NCBI RefSeq assembly: GCF_009914755.1
Contig: NC_060930.1
DNA: 64,000 nucleotides
Reading direction: 5' to 3' (one strand)
DNA from: the human T2T-CHM13v2.0 reference genome, Homo sapiens
Under the pieces are notes generated by a model. The model did no database searches. It saw only the letters and a list, made by a program, of their open reading frames with translations, and was not told the DNA's origin. Made by a program: the position numbers and the translations under genes. Below are positions 13,884 through 25,915 of this stretch, piece after piece. Within the stretch, counting starts at the first letter, position 1, and each line of letters opens with the position of its first letter.

Positions 13884-16800
13884 TAACTCTAGACCAAGTG
13901 CAGGAATGACATAAGAATATTTCCGACATAAAAGTAATTACCCTTTGCATATTGGATCGGTCATTATTTTCAGTCACGCATTCTTCATAAATCAAAGAAA
14001 TTGAGTTACCATGACTAATTCTTAATCCACTTTGAATCTAAAGATAGCAGACATTTGAATTCAAAGTTTGAAAAACTAATTATTTAGATGTTTTATATAC
14101 ATCATATTTAACAGCCAGATATCTGGCTAAACTTCTTGTTCTTACTCAACTAAAATGGAAATTTTAGTTTTCTTCTAAATTTAATTAAAGATCGATTTGA
14201 TCCAAACATTTACTCTGGAACTCACATTATAGATTTTGAGTGCCTGTATTGATCAAATTACCCAGAGGCTTTACAAACTGCACTTTATACTGCACTAAAA
14301 CTTGAGTAAGCCTGGCCTTTGACTCCCCTCCTAATATAGGGCATGGCCCCCTCCCTACCTGTGGGCTGCAGAGTTGAGGGTGGGTGGGGGAGAGCACTGT
14401 ACAACATAGCCTCCTTGGGAAGTTAGAGTATGTGTGCACACATGTGCTCATTAACTCCCCTAGATTATTTGTTCTTTCACAAATATTTCTCATTTCCTAT
14501 TCATTAATACAAATAAATGACTGTTGAATCAATCTAGTGCCATCACCACTGCAACAGACACCTACTGTAAATTCTTTAAGTCTAGTAACTATGGTTACTT
14601 AAAAATCACCTAGCAAATAATATAGATTAAATAGCCTAGATATGTTCTGTGTGTCGGATAAAAGTACTCTTTTTACTTAGGGGGATAACATTTTCAGTTG
14701 GAATATAGTCAGCTTTAAAATTTTAGTAAGTATCCTCAAAGTTTCCAGTGATTATTTGATGACTCACTTCTAAAGCCTCAGCTACATATGATTAATGGGA
14801 TTTTACTGCAGATTTAACTTGTCCATCTATTGTTTATCTTTTAATGCTTCTGGGAATACTCCAGAAGCTTCCACCACTATTCTGTTTTTTAATCAAGTGA
14901 CATATGAAAATTAATCAATTTTGGATTGCAAATTGTGCTCTCATACATGGGATACAGAATTAAAAACATACCATTTCCTTTCCTGAGGATGCTTACTCAA
15001 ATTCTACAATAATAAGCATATAGCATATATACATTTTGACTAAGACTTTTGTTCTTATTATACTTTAAGGACATTTAAGTATAGTGAATACGTGTCCTAA
15101 ATCAAAAATAAAAGTATGTGGCCCGACAACTAATATGCTTATAAGGACAAAGGGGCAGTCTATTTGAAATCTCTTCACGTCTTCAGAAATCTGAGATGTA
15201 TGGTGTTCTTCCATCCATTGTATAGAATTATGCTTCTTTCTTCAGTTCATTCCCATAAAAGCCTCCCTGACAGCAACATTTCTTATTGTCTATTGGCTAT
15301 TAAGTTACAGCAGAAATTAAATATGGGGAATTCATTCAATATTCACACACCCACAGATATTCTTCCACTTAAAATTAAAGGCTTTTGCATACCTAGTTGA
15401 AAGCTGACCATAATGTTAATTTTGTAAAACTGAAATGTAAATTATTCTCCCTAAGCCTATGGACAAATGTAGTATCTCACTGAAAAACATTGTGGCCTTC
15501 TCAAACACAGAACCCTCCTGATGCCACTTTGTGTTTTTTAAAAATCAGTTTGGGCTAATAAATGCCCATAAAATATTTTAATATATTTAATTGCTCTAGG
15601 AAATTAAATTGAACTTTAATTACAATTAAGTAGAAGATATCAAATATAATGCCATTAGACCATGAGTTGGTTCAGCATCTGTGTTTGATTACATTACCCA
15701 AACACATGAAACAGTCAAGTTTCTAAGCTGGTCAACCCCTGCAGGCAGTGACCTGCTGTTTCTTGCCAGTTGAAGTCTGTTTCTGTGTTATTGCTCTTAC
15801 TGTCAGTAGATGATCCTCACAGTTCCATAAATGCTATTTAACTCTCTATGGTTTCCTATATTTCTTATCTGCTTCATTGTTCTAGAAAAAGATATTCTTT
15901 AAAAAAAAAAAAGAAAGGAAGAGGAAGAAAAAGAATGAAAGAGACAGAGGCAGGCATTTGTTGCAGAACTTCACAAACTATGACTAGTCAGGATTTAGGT
16001 AATAGTTCAAACCCAAGCCCCAAAATAGCCAGTTCATTTTGTTTATAATAAATTGCAAATCAAAGCAACCTGGTCTGAGGAAGAAAATGGCTTTGTTCCA
16101 ATGATCTAGAGGCACTAGAGATCAGCTGTCCATGATCCTTTAACCTACGGCAAGGCCATCTTAGTTAAGGCCACATCTTCCTCATTATTTGTTTCTTGGG
16201 AAAAGTCAGTGGCTGACGTGGAAACAGCTGAGTGCGTTATTCTAAAATTAAGTGATTAAATCACGAGGCTGAGAATAGGATGCAGGAAACCTGGGGATGG
16301 ATTTTTTTTCTCATTCTTGAAATTGATTCTTGCTATGAGAACTTATAACAATTAGTCCCATTAAAAGCAGCCCATACTTAATTTCAAGTGGCCACAGTAA
16401 ACTCTTCAAGGTTGAGACTTGGAGGAAAAAAAAGTAAAAATACTTAGCACAAATCATTACTGAGGAATTAAAAGGAATCAGAAAGATGGGAATCATTGGG
16501 AACAGCACTCACAGTACATGTTAGAGCTTTGAAGAAACACTCCCCTAGTGCTTAGCTGAGAAGGGATAAGCCCAAGATTGTGACAGAAGGCCAGGCTGGA
16601 AAAACAGAATGGCCGGTATTAGATGAATGTAAATATGTAAATATGCCTTAGAGTATGCCTTAGAGCATGCTAAATGTGCCTTGAAACATGTAAAGTATGC
16701 CTTAGAGAATGCCTGGTCCTTTGTAGGCACTCAGGCCAGCTAACTCATCTGCAGGAGCTGGATAGAATGTAATGCTTAGGCATGGAGACCAGCAAAGGCA

Positions 16801-17405
16801 GAAGAAGGGGCAAAACCCAGGTTGCTCTCCTTCTAGGCATCAGGCCCATGGGAGTTCAAAGATGTTCTCAATCTTACACTGTGGGAGTTATCTCTCAGGG
16901 CATCCAGTTTGAGCCTAAGGCAAATTTGGCTGATTCCAAGTTCTACCTGAACTCAAAAACAACTATTATAATATATCCTGCATCTCCATCCTGCAACTGG
17001 TGGCTAGTGAGGAGTGATACCATGTGAAAATATCTGTTTGTAGATTTGGAACTGCTGCGGCAGAAATAGGGACTTTTAGTCTCTAGGACAAAGAAGCTTG
17101 CAGGTCCCCTTCAACAGTACTGCCCTTGTACAAAGCCAGAAAATTATCTGTGATCTTTATAGCACAGGAAGGACCTCCAAGCTAGAGAAGGGATGGTTCA
17201 AGAATGGAAACATCTTTCTTATTAAAACACCACATAAAATTCTGTGAGTTCTGAATCAAGAAAGAACCTCCAGCTGGTGGGAGCTGACCCCACCAGCAAC
17301 CTCTGACTCTTTTCTATGAACACTGCCTTTCTCTAGAGTTCTGTCACTCTGATTACCACTGTCACCCCGAATTCTGGAACTCAGCAGACTTTTAAAATTA
17401 TTCAT

Positions 17406-17538
17406 CTGCAGTCAATTAAGCCAGCTGTACTCCTTTCCTCACAGGGGCTCGGTGTAATGGCTGCAAACAACAGCCTCCTTTGTTGTATACACAGCTTGTT
17501 TCTTGTATGGGTTGCTCTAAAGAACATAGGAGACAGCC
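17406..17538 (+). ncRNA. SNORA70: SNORA70 (U70) H/ACA snoRNA retrocopy
   Basis: ctgcagtcaattaagccagctgtactcctttcctca...tgtatgggttgctctaa...ggagACAgcc matches recalled U70. Box H ACAACA at 17467-17472; box ACA at 17533-17535, 3 nt from the end. Confidence 0.85.
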
Positions 17539-17594
17539 GTTTCCAATGTATGTTTATGCCTCTGACCTTTGACCTTGCACTGTTCCCATTGTAG

Positions 17595-17957
17595 GCTCCA
17601 GACAGGTGTGCAGGGTAACTCTAGAAAGCCCCAGGGTACCATGGCCAGAATTTACATTGGTAAGTCATCATGTCCATCCATACCAAGGTGCAGAACAAGG
17701 AGCATGTGACTGAGTCCCTACACAGGGCCAAGTTCAAGTTGCTTGGCCACATCACAAAGAAATGGGGCTCTATCAAGTTTAATGCAGATGAATCTGAAGA
17801 CATGGTAGTTGAGAAGTGTCTTATCTCAGATGGCTGTGGGGTCAAATGCATCCCCAGTCATGGCTCCGCAACAAGTGTCAGGCCTTGCACTCAGGAAGGC
17901 TTCCACTGTTCTGCTGTCTCTTAGGCTCACCAATACTTTCTGACAAAGAAAAAAAAA
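17595..17957 (+). pseudogene. RPL10: RPL10 partial processed pseudogene (last exons, 3'UTR and A tail)
   Basis: Translates to [67 protein letters not shown], the RPL10 C-terminus. Has a frameshift near 17660, a ~12-nt deletion near 17747, a lost stop, and an A tail at ~17945-17957. Confidence 0.92.
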
Positions 17958-18299
17958 TGTTAGCATATGTTTAACCAAACCCTTTCTTTCCTTCATCCTT
18001 CTTATCAAAGTAGAGGCATGTAGAATTTTCCAAATTAATGTAATTCGGTATTACACAAAAATGAAAAGGCAGGCATTACAGGCAAGCTACATTGCGTAAA
18101 GTCACAATTCCAAAGTTTTAAGTCCTTGATCCTAAGATGAACATATCCAGCCCTAAAAGACTTCACTATCTCTTGCTGTGAGTCCTCCACCCACCCCCAT
18201 CCTGCCTGTTATTTGGTCAGTTTTCTAGCTGTCATATTTTCTTTCCATCTTTCCAAGTGTGGTAAGTGTTCAAACAATGGGTTGAAATAAAAAATAAGA

Positions 18300-18770
18300 A
18301 GGAATGATCCACTGTAACTGGGATGGTTAAAAAAGGTGTCTTTGTAGAGAAAAGACCAGACTAAAGAGTAAACACCAGCCAGTCATGAGAAGTTGAGAAA
18401 AGAGTGTTCCTGGCAGAGGGAGCAACTTGTACCTGGGCAGGCAAGAATCTCTTGTACTGGAGGAACTCAAATGTGTTCTATGGAACCAGAGCATGCAGAG
18501 GAAGGGAGAGATGGCATGAGATTAGGCTGAACAGAATGTCAAAGTTCAGATCATGTAGGTTGTGGTGAGGAGTTTGAAAGATTTTAGATTTTTTGTGTAA
18601 GTGTTAGAAGCTATTGAAGGCTTTGAGCAGGAGAGTTGCATGACTGGATTTATCTTTTGAGATCCTTTTTGCTGCTGTATGGGGAATTCATGAGGGAAAA
18701 ATAGAAGAGAAATGGGTTAATAGACTGCTGCAGATATCTGGGCAAATGATGATACTATCTTAGATTACTG
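18300..18770 (-). mobile_element. L2 fragment
   Basis: Purine-rich L2-like text: gtgttcctggcagagggagcaac..., gaagctattgaaggctttgagcaggagagttgcatgactggattt. Confidence 0.6.
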
Positions 18771-18872
18771 CTATTCAAACTGTAGGTCACAACCCATCAG
18801 GGTTATATAGTCATTTTAGTGTTTTTTTTTGTGTAATGTAAGATATAATTACCTTTCTTAGAAAATATCATC

Positions 18873-19136
18873 TTTTTTTTTTTTTTAAATTTTAAAGCTG
18901 GGTGTCCTGGGGGAGACATCACATGTCAGCAGGTTCCGTGATGTCCCCTGAGCTGAAAAACCAGCAAGTTTTTATTAGGGATTTTCAAAAGGGGAGGGAG
19001 TGTATGAATAGGGTGTGGGTCACAGAGATCACATGCTTCACAAGGTAATAGAATATCACAAGGCAAATGTAGGCAGGGCGAGATCACAGGACCACAGGAC
19101 CAGGGCGAAATTAAAATTGCTAATGAAGTTTCGGGC
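18873..19136 (-). mobile_element. MER11 (HERV-K11/HML-8 LTR) 3' fragment with poly(A) tail, retrotransposed by L1
   Basis: MER11-like sequence at 18887-19136, T14 at 18873-18886, TSD agaaaa(t/g)atcatct at 18860-18873 and 19163-19176. Confidence 0.85.
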
Positions 19137-21325
19137 TCCAGTACATATAAAGAGACTTATTAAGAAAAGATCATCTTAATAAGTCTCTTTATATGTACTG
19201 GAGCACATTGGATTTAAAATTTTGGGATATGCTTTTAACCCGATGAGAAAATAGGTTAATAATAAATTGTCACTGAAAATCAGAAATGTGACTTGGAAAG
19301 AAAAGGTACATGTCATGGGCAATTACAGATGCAGAAATCCTTTAATTATAAAGCATGCCCTTACCTGAGGAACTTTATACTATGCTGACATGAGGCTACA
19401 TCTAATAATAAGCCTTTTCATTTTACACACACAAACACACACCCACAATCTATGAACATGTTAAGACCCATATGTTCAAACAACCCATTTACAAATTGCT
19501 AGATGGGACCAGCATGAGCGCCTTACTCCCTTCACCAAATGAAGAAAGCAATTTTGTTATTTCATCACCTTTCTTCTTCCTGGAGTCCTGACAGCATCAG
19601 TTATAACAGCATGCCTCTTTTCCCTCATTTTATCAAACACCAGTCTTGCATTTGAGTAGGTGACAAACAAAGATGGCAGCTGTATTTTCCTAGTAGAATC
19701 TTAGAGCTCTTCAGAGTCACAAGAATGAGCCTCTAATGGCAGAAAATTAAATCCTAGAGGAAATAACACTAATGGCTACTTAAGATATCTTCCCCCATTG
19801 CTTCTCAATCCAGACCACTTAGGTAACTGCATATGTTGTTGTCCATGCATTTTGATAGAGCCATCCAGAGAACCACTCCTGACCTGAGTAGTTGTGCTGC
19901 TGACTCTACTGTAAAGCCATTCCTGTGCCAGATGAACCACAGAATTTCAGCAAGTAAGGAGCTAAAGACAGGGGAGCGTTGTAATCTTCAATCTGTTTCT
20001 TCATTCTCAAACCTCACAATGTTGGCTCTTTCTGCAGAATTTCAGTTTGTGTTTTATTCACTGAGGAAGTCTGGTACGTAGAAAAGCTTCCTCTTAGCAT
20101 AGATAAGGCTAACAGGCTAACAGTTATTTGGGTAAGTAGGATTAATTATCAGGAAGCTGTTGATAGTTAATGGCTGACCTGTAAAAACCTGGTTAGAATG
20201 AGGTCAGCTAAAATAATAGGGTCTATTTTAAGTTTGGGTCATATAAGACGTCATTAAGGATCACATTATTTCAGCAAAGAAAATATTGCAGAGAGTTATC
20301 CTTTTAAAAGAAAATAGCCTTTCTGCTGGAAAGCTTCCAAACCACACCATTGCAAAACCTAAACACTTCAAACCATTGAATGCTAATGTTTAACTGCCTA
20401 GCTCTAGTTGTCTTGCAAACCTTTTCCCCTTTGGTAATTGACTTTTTCTGCAATCCAGGTGTCGTTCGGTGTTTTATCCCAATTTTGTTTCTTATGCTGA
20501 AGAAAACATATTTTCATTGCCTAGGGGTTAATTTTTTGAACCCCACATAATGTAGAATATATTCTACTCTGTTGCTTGTGATTAAGAGTAGTAATCAGCA
20601 TTTTACTAGAGTTGAGGAAAGCAGCAAAGGGAAGGGCTAGCCCAAGGCATAATTGGGAAATGCCTGAAATTTTAAAGCCTTTGCCTCATAATTTGTCATT
20701 TAACTATTTTTGTGCCTTAATCTCTTGTTCAGTCACTTAGAGCTGCATGACCCCCTCTAAGCTTCAGTTTCCTCCTGTTGCAGGATTGACTGCACACAGT
20801 GCAGTGTGCAGCACATTCCCTGAGGCATAGTAAATGTTCAGAAATTGGTAGGTTATCATCATCATCCTCATCAACATTCCTAAACCTCGGGACTAAGGGA
20901 TATTTCATATTGACTTATGATGAAATTGTTTGTAAAACATTTGCTTTTAATTTTATTCTCAAAGACTAAAAAACTTACCAAGCCCAAAGGAATGTGCCTC
21001 TAGTTCTAGTATTTGAGGCCACCACAGGAGGTGGAGAAGAAATGTGGTAGCGAGTGCGGGAGTCTTCCCTCCTTTGTAGTGCTGACAGCTACCTGTTCAT
21101 TAGACTGGCCTTGTTGAAAAAAAATGATAATATGAGTCAGGCATGGGGACCAAGACAACATGCGGGACCTGCCCTGCTTACACCAGAGCAAGAGAGCCCA
21201 TGTCCTGGTCCAGTTCCAAAGCCACTCCCCTGGCAGAACACCTGTCTGGATTCTTCCTCCTCCCTCCTGTCACCAAGATTCAGTGAAGAGTCTAATTAGT
21301 TAGTGGATGTTTAAATGCTGTATTG

Positions 21326-22302
21326 GAGGGGCAGATATAAGATCTGTGGGATCTAAAGATTATATAATTATGGGGGAACTCTTTAAAAGAATACAAAATT
21401 ATAAGTAATAGATATGTGTGAATATTTAGTTAAGATGAGAAATCACCACAAAGTATACATATAAACAGCTAACAAATACCACAAACATAAAAAATCCAGA
21501 AAAATATTTATTAATTAAATCCCTGATTCATCCTACACTTTTTTTCTACTTTTTTCTTCTTGATTGCATACTCTTTGATTGCACCCCTATGTATGGTAGA
21601 AGAGGATTTCTGACTTTTCTGACTTAACACAGCATTGATGAGATTCAAAACCTTTGCTTACAATTTTTTTGTTATGATGATTTGAAAAATGTTCAAGTCT
21701 TCTTTCTCTTCTACTGCCCACATACTTCTGGCACAGCACAGCATGCTCATATAGTATTACAACCACTGTGTCTTCATTCTGTGATTGCAGATGAGTGGGA
21801 AGAGGGTTTCTGAAAGTATTCCTGCACATGGACAGGTAGCAATAATAATTACTATACCTGAAAATGACTGCAAACCACATAAATCCATCTCCCTAAACCC
21901 AAATAGAGGGACTCCCAATTTAATTTCCCATTAGCCAAATCTCAAAAATGTCCACAGCTAGTCTGGGACTATCCAACATGAAAAGGCATGGAAAATAATT
22001 CATATGAAAAGAGATTGCAGTCTTTTTTTTTTTAGAAGGTCTCACTGTCACCAGGCTGGAGTACAGTGGTGTGATCATAGCTCACTGTAACCTTGAACTC
22101 CTGGGCTGAAGCAATTATACTCCTGCCTAAGCCTCCCAAGTAGCTGGGATAACAATTGTGAGCCACCACACTCAGCCTAAACTGCAGTCTTAATCGTGGC
22201 TAAAATGTTTTGCTCTTTCAAATATTAGAAAAGCATATGCCCAAGCAAGTGAGAGTCCCTGAAGATGTAAACTTCTTTCACTTCACAGAAAATCTACCTC
22301 TG
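21326..22302. mobile_element. hAT-Tip100 DNA transposon fossil (MER115/Zaphod-like), interrupted by an Alu monomer
   Basis: Termini gaggggcagat...ctgtgggatctaaagattatataattatggggg and ...ccctgaagatgtaaacttc...aaatctacctctg form imperfect TIRs. Confidence 0.55.
22024..22177 (-). mobile_element. Free Alu monomer (FLAM-like)
   Basis: T tail followed by an antisense monomer; flanked by the TSD-like tgcagtctt on both sides. Confidence 0.85.
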
Positions 22303-23389
22303 CACAGAGGAATTAGCCCCATAGGATCCTGAGGATGAAGGTGAGTTCCTGCCCTCCCATGCTTACAGAAAGAGCTATTTTAGGCAGAAGCACTGTATAC
22401 TATAAGAACTTATATAACAAAAATAATATCAGCATTATTACTGAAGTCCATTTTGTCCAAGCATGAAGCAATCTCAGGCAGAAATCACAATATCAGGCTA
22501 TTTGGAGAATGGAGAAGAAACTGGAACTGTCCACGTCTTGAACTATGAAGAACCTGGTTCTTTCCTGTCCCCTCCCTCAGCTCTGCCCAAAGTGACCTGA
22601 AGAAGCAATTGTCTTTAATCTTATCTAGTTCAATAATTTTAATTGATTCTCTGAATCCAAACTCTACTCTGTCACTAACTAGCTGTGTGAGCTGGGACAA
22701 ATTAGCCTAAGCGTTTGTATTCTCATACATAAAATGGCAAAAATATTTTATTTGCATAACTGTGAAAAAGATTAAATGGATAGTGTATGTACATTACCTG
22801 GCACCTAGTAGATAACTAAGATATTGTAGCCATTTTATTATTGTTCACATTTCAAGTGATAACTATAAGGGAGGAACTAGAAAGGGAATATTGAACAGCC
22901 AGGACTCCAGATTACCAAACACAGCATGGAAGATCAAACTCCATAAATGCTAAAAGGGATTATTTCAGTTTCAACTTTTTTACTTGCTCCCAGAGCCCAA
23001 TGGCAACACAATGAAAGTGGCCGTGGCAACATGACAGCCACAGTACTCTATGAACAGAGTGTATCAATAAACATGATGCTTTTAGGAGGCCACAAGAATT
23101 CCTGTCTGGCTCAGGTGTTCCTCCTGGTGTAGGATCTATCTCTGACGTTGCATGAGATTTGGGAAATTTTCTTGTCTCAGATTTTGATAGTTTGATATTT
23201 GAACAGAAAACAGCAAGTTGCCCCTGGTAATGGTTGCAAGTGACTGGCACTAAGCACCTGGCAGGTAGTAATGACTCTGTAAAAGATTTCTGAATTCATC
23301 TAAAGTGATCTGTCCTCAGAGGCCCTGTACACTGCTGCCTGGGCAAGGCACAGGCTCTGAGTAACCTGAGACATCAGGCAATTTGAGGC

Positions 23390-23640
23390 ATCAGAGCATT
23401 GTCATTAGTATTGGCTCTGAAGTCAGATCAGGCCCGGCCCCAAATTCCAGCTCTAGCATTTACCATATTTACAACCTTGGGCAAGCTGCTTAAATCATCT
23501 GTGACTCAGTTCCTTCATTATAAAGCAAGGATAATAAAGTATCTACCTAATAAGGTTTTAGTGAGTATTAAATGAGGTAACATTTCTGAAGGGCTTTAGA
23601 ACAGTGCCTAAAGCCCTTCATTGCAAGTGCTCAGTAATGG
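23390..23640 (+). mobile_element. MIR
   Basis: ggctctgaagtcagatc...accttgggcaagctgcttaaatcatctgtgactcagttccttcattataaa. Confidence 0.75.
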
Positions 23641-23754
23641 CTAGCTCTAATGTTAAAGGGGAAAGCTGGTAGGGATGTCCAGCAGGTGTTTGGTTATGTG
23701 GATCTGGCACTCAGAAAAAAAAGATAGTAATTAAAGCCACAGGTTTTATATTTT

Positions 23755-24247
23755 CTAGTTTTATTCCTTTCTTGTGGTGCCTGTAACAAGTTACCACAAA
23801 CTTGGGTTGAAAATAACAGATTATTTTCTTACAGTTCTGGAGGCCAAAAGCCCAAAATCGGTATCATGGGGCCAAAATCATGGTGTTGGCAAGCACCCTC
23901 CCTCTGGAGATGTTAGGGGAGATTCCATTTCTTGCCTCTTCCAGTTTCTGGTGGCTGATGGCATTTCTTGAATCATGACAGCATTGTTGCAATCACTGCC
24001 TCTGTGGTTACATTGCCTTCTCCCCTCCTGTCTGTATCAAATCTCCCTCACTCTTCTTCTTATAAAGACACTGAATCATGGCATTCAGGGCCTACCTGGA
24101 TAACCCAGGATAATGCAGAGTAATCCCTCCATCTGAAGAGCATTAACTTAATTACAAAGATGCCCACCCCAGCAAATAAACTAGCATCTATAGATTCCAA
24201 GGATTAGGATCTGATATCATTGGAAGCCACTTAATCAGTCTACTATA
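23755..24247 (-). mobile_element. MLT1 (ERVL-MaLR) solo LTR
   Basis: tgtaacaagttaccacaaactt...ttacagttctggaggccaaaagccc...cttgcctcttccagtttctggtggctg. Confidence 0.8.
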
Positions 24248-25782
24248 CTAATTAATACACGATACTGCAAGACATAGGTGAAGATGAAATTATGTGAAGA
24301 GAAGACTAAATACAGAACACCGAACCATAAACACATAACAGGGAAGCAAAGAAGAGATACCACAGGGAAATGAGAAGGAAAGGGGGGCTAGAGGAGAAGA
24401 TGAGGTGAAAGGGGGTTGTCTGAGACTTCAAGGACGTAGTTTCACAAAGGATGGCATCCTGGAAACACTTCAAAGAATCAAGGTAGGGGGCTGAGGAGGG
24501 ATTATGGGGTTTGACTATTAAGAAGAACATCAGTAAATTTAGCCACAGTGAATGTATTGGCATGGGAGAAAGAGAGCAAATTGTGATAGATTGAGGATGG
24601 AGTCACTTACCTCTGTGATACACTTTGTACATAGGCATAGTTGTAAGAGGAAAATGGTGCAGACATTCATCTTGACAAGCCACCCTCTGAGACCTTACTC
24701 TCAACTGTGTTTTCTTTGGATTCCCAACAATAAAATCCCGTGAAAGGCCCTGAACTTGCCAAGGTGGACATGATCTATGATTAGAAGAGGAAGGCACTGC
24801 CTCCTTCCCATAGAAATATGTTTGCTCTCCAGCTCCTGAGAGAGGTCAATGAAAAAGTTATATTTATCTTCATGATTTACTCAGCCCACCCTCTCTCTCA
24901 AAGGTATTATTAATGCCTAGACTAGTCAAGTGGTGATGTTTCTAATCATTATACTCTTTTACCCTTTTTCAGTATCTTAAAAAAGGACTCTAAATATTGA
25001 AGTAGTTTACATTTTTTCTAATAGAGAAACATTATTAGTCACTCAAAAATTATTATAGAAAATAAACCATGTGCTAGAAAGTATATTAGAGATAATATGA
25101 AATTAAAATATTAATAGCTAATATTTAAGTATCTTGTATGGGACAGGCACTGATCTAAGTGCTTTGTATATCAATTTATTTCAAAAATTTGGTGACAGAG
25201 GAGGTACTAATATTACACTGTTATTATCATCCCAACTTTATAGAAGAGTGAACAGAGGTGCAAAGATAAGGGAAAAACACACAGCTAGGAATCAGGAAGC
25301 AAGGATTAACTCAGCAGTCACTCTCTGGGCCTATTCTAACCACTGTGGCATTCATTTTTACAGCATTTGCAAGAAGACATCTCTAACATACTCTTTTTAG
25401 GCAGAAGCATACAAATAAGCATTATTTTAAAGTGACTTGACAAAAACCAGTTTTTGCATTTAAAAAATCTTGTAATACTGGAAATATTTGTTACTCAGAA
25501 CATATTGACTGAGTACCTAGTAATTTACTAGGCACTCTTCTAGAAACTGAACTTTCAAAAATGAACAAAATGGACACAAACTCCTGCCCTCATGTTCAAA
25601 TAAGGCATCTCCATCTTTAAATGTCATGCAATAATAACACCACCACCATACTTGCAGAGCCAAGAAGAAGCCAACTCTTCCCTCACTGTATAAGAGAACA
25701 GCATTGAATCATTACAAGCAAAATTACAGCAGAAACTACTGTTACTGACTATTGACATCATGCTTCTGGGGGAATGCTGGCC

Positions 25783-25915
25783 TTAATACCTAGGTGGTGA
25801 GTTGACAGGTGTAGCAAACCACCATGGCACATGTTTACCTGTGTGACAAACCTGCATATCCTACATGTGTATCCTAGAATTTAAAGTAAAATAAAATAAT
25901 AAAATAAAAATTTTA
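25783..25915 (+). mobile_element. Primate L1 (L1PA/L1PB) extreme 3' end with A-rich tail
   Basis: ttaatacctaggtggtgagttgacaggtgtagcaaaccaccatggcacatgtttacctgtgtgacaaacctgca...taaagtaaaataaaataa. Confidence 0.85.

Noticed and set aside
17670-17924. 84-aa RPL10-like ORF as a functional gene
   Set aside because: 5'-truncated, frameshifted upstream, internally deleted, native stop lost: a pseudogene fragment.
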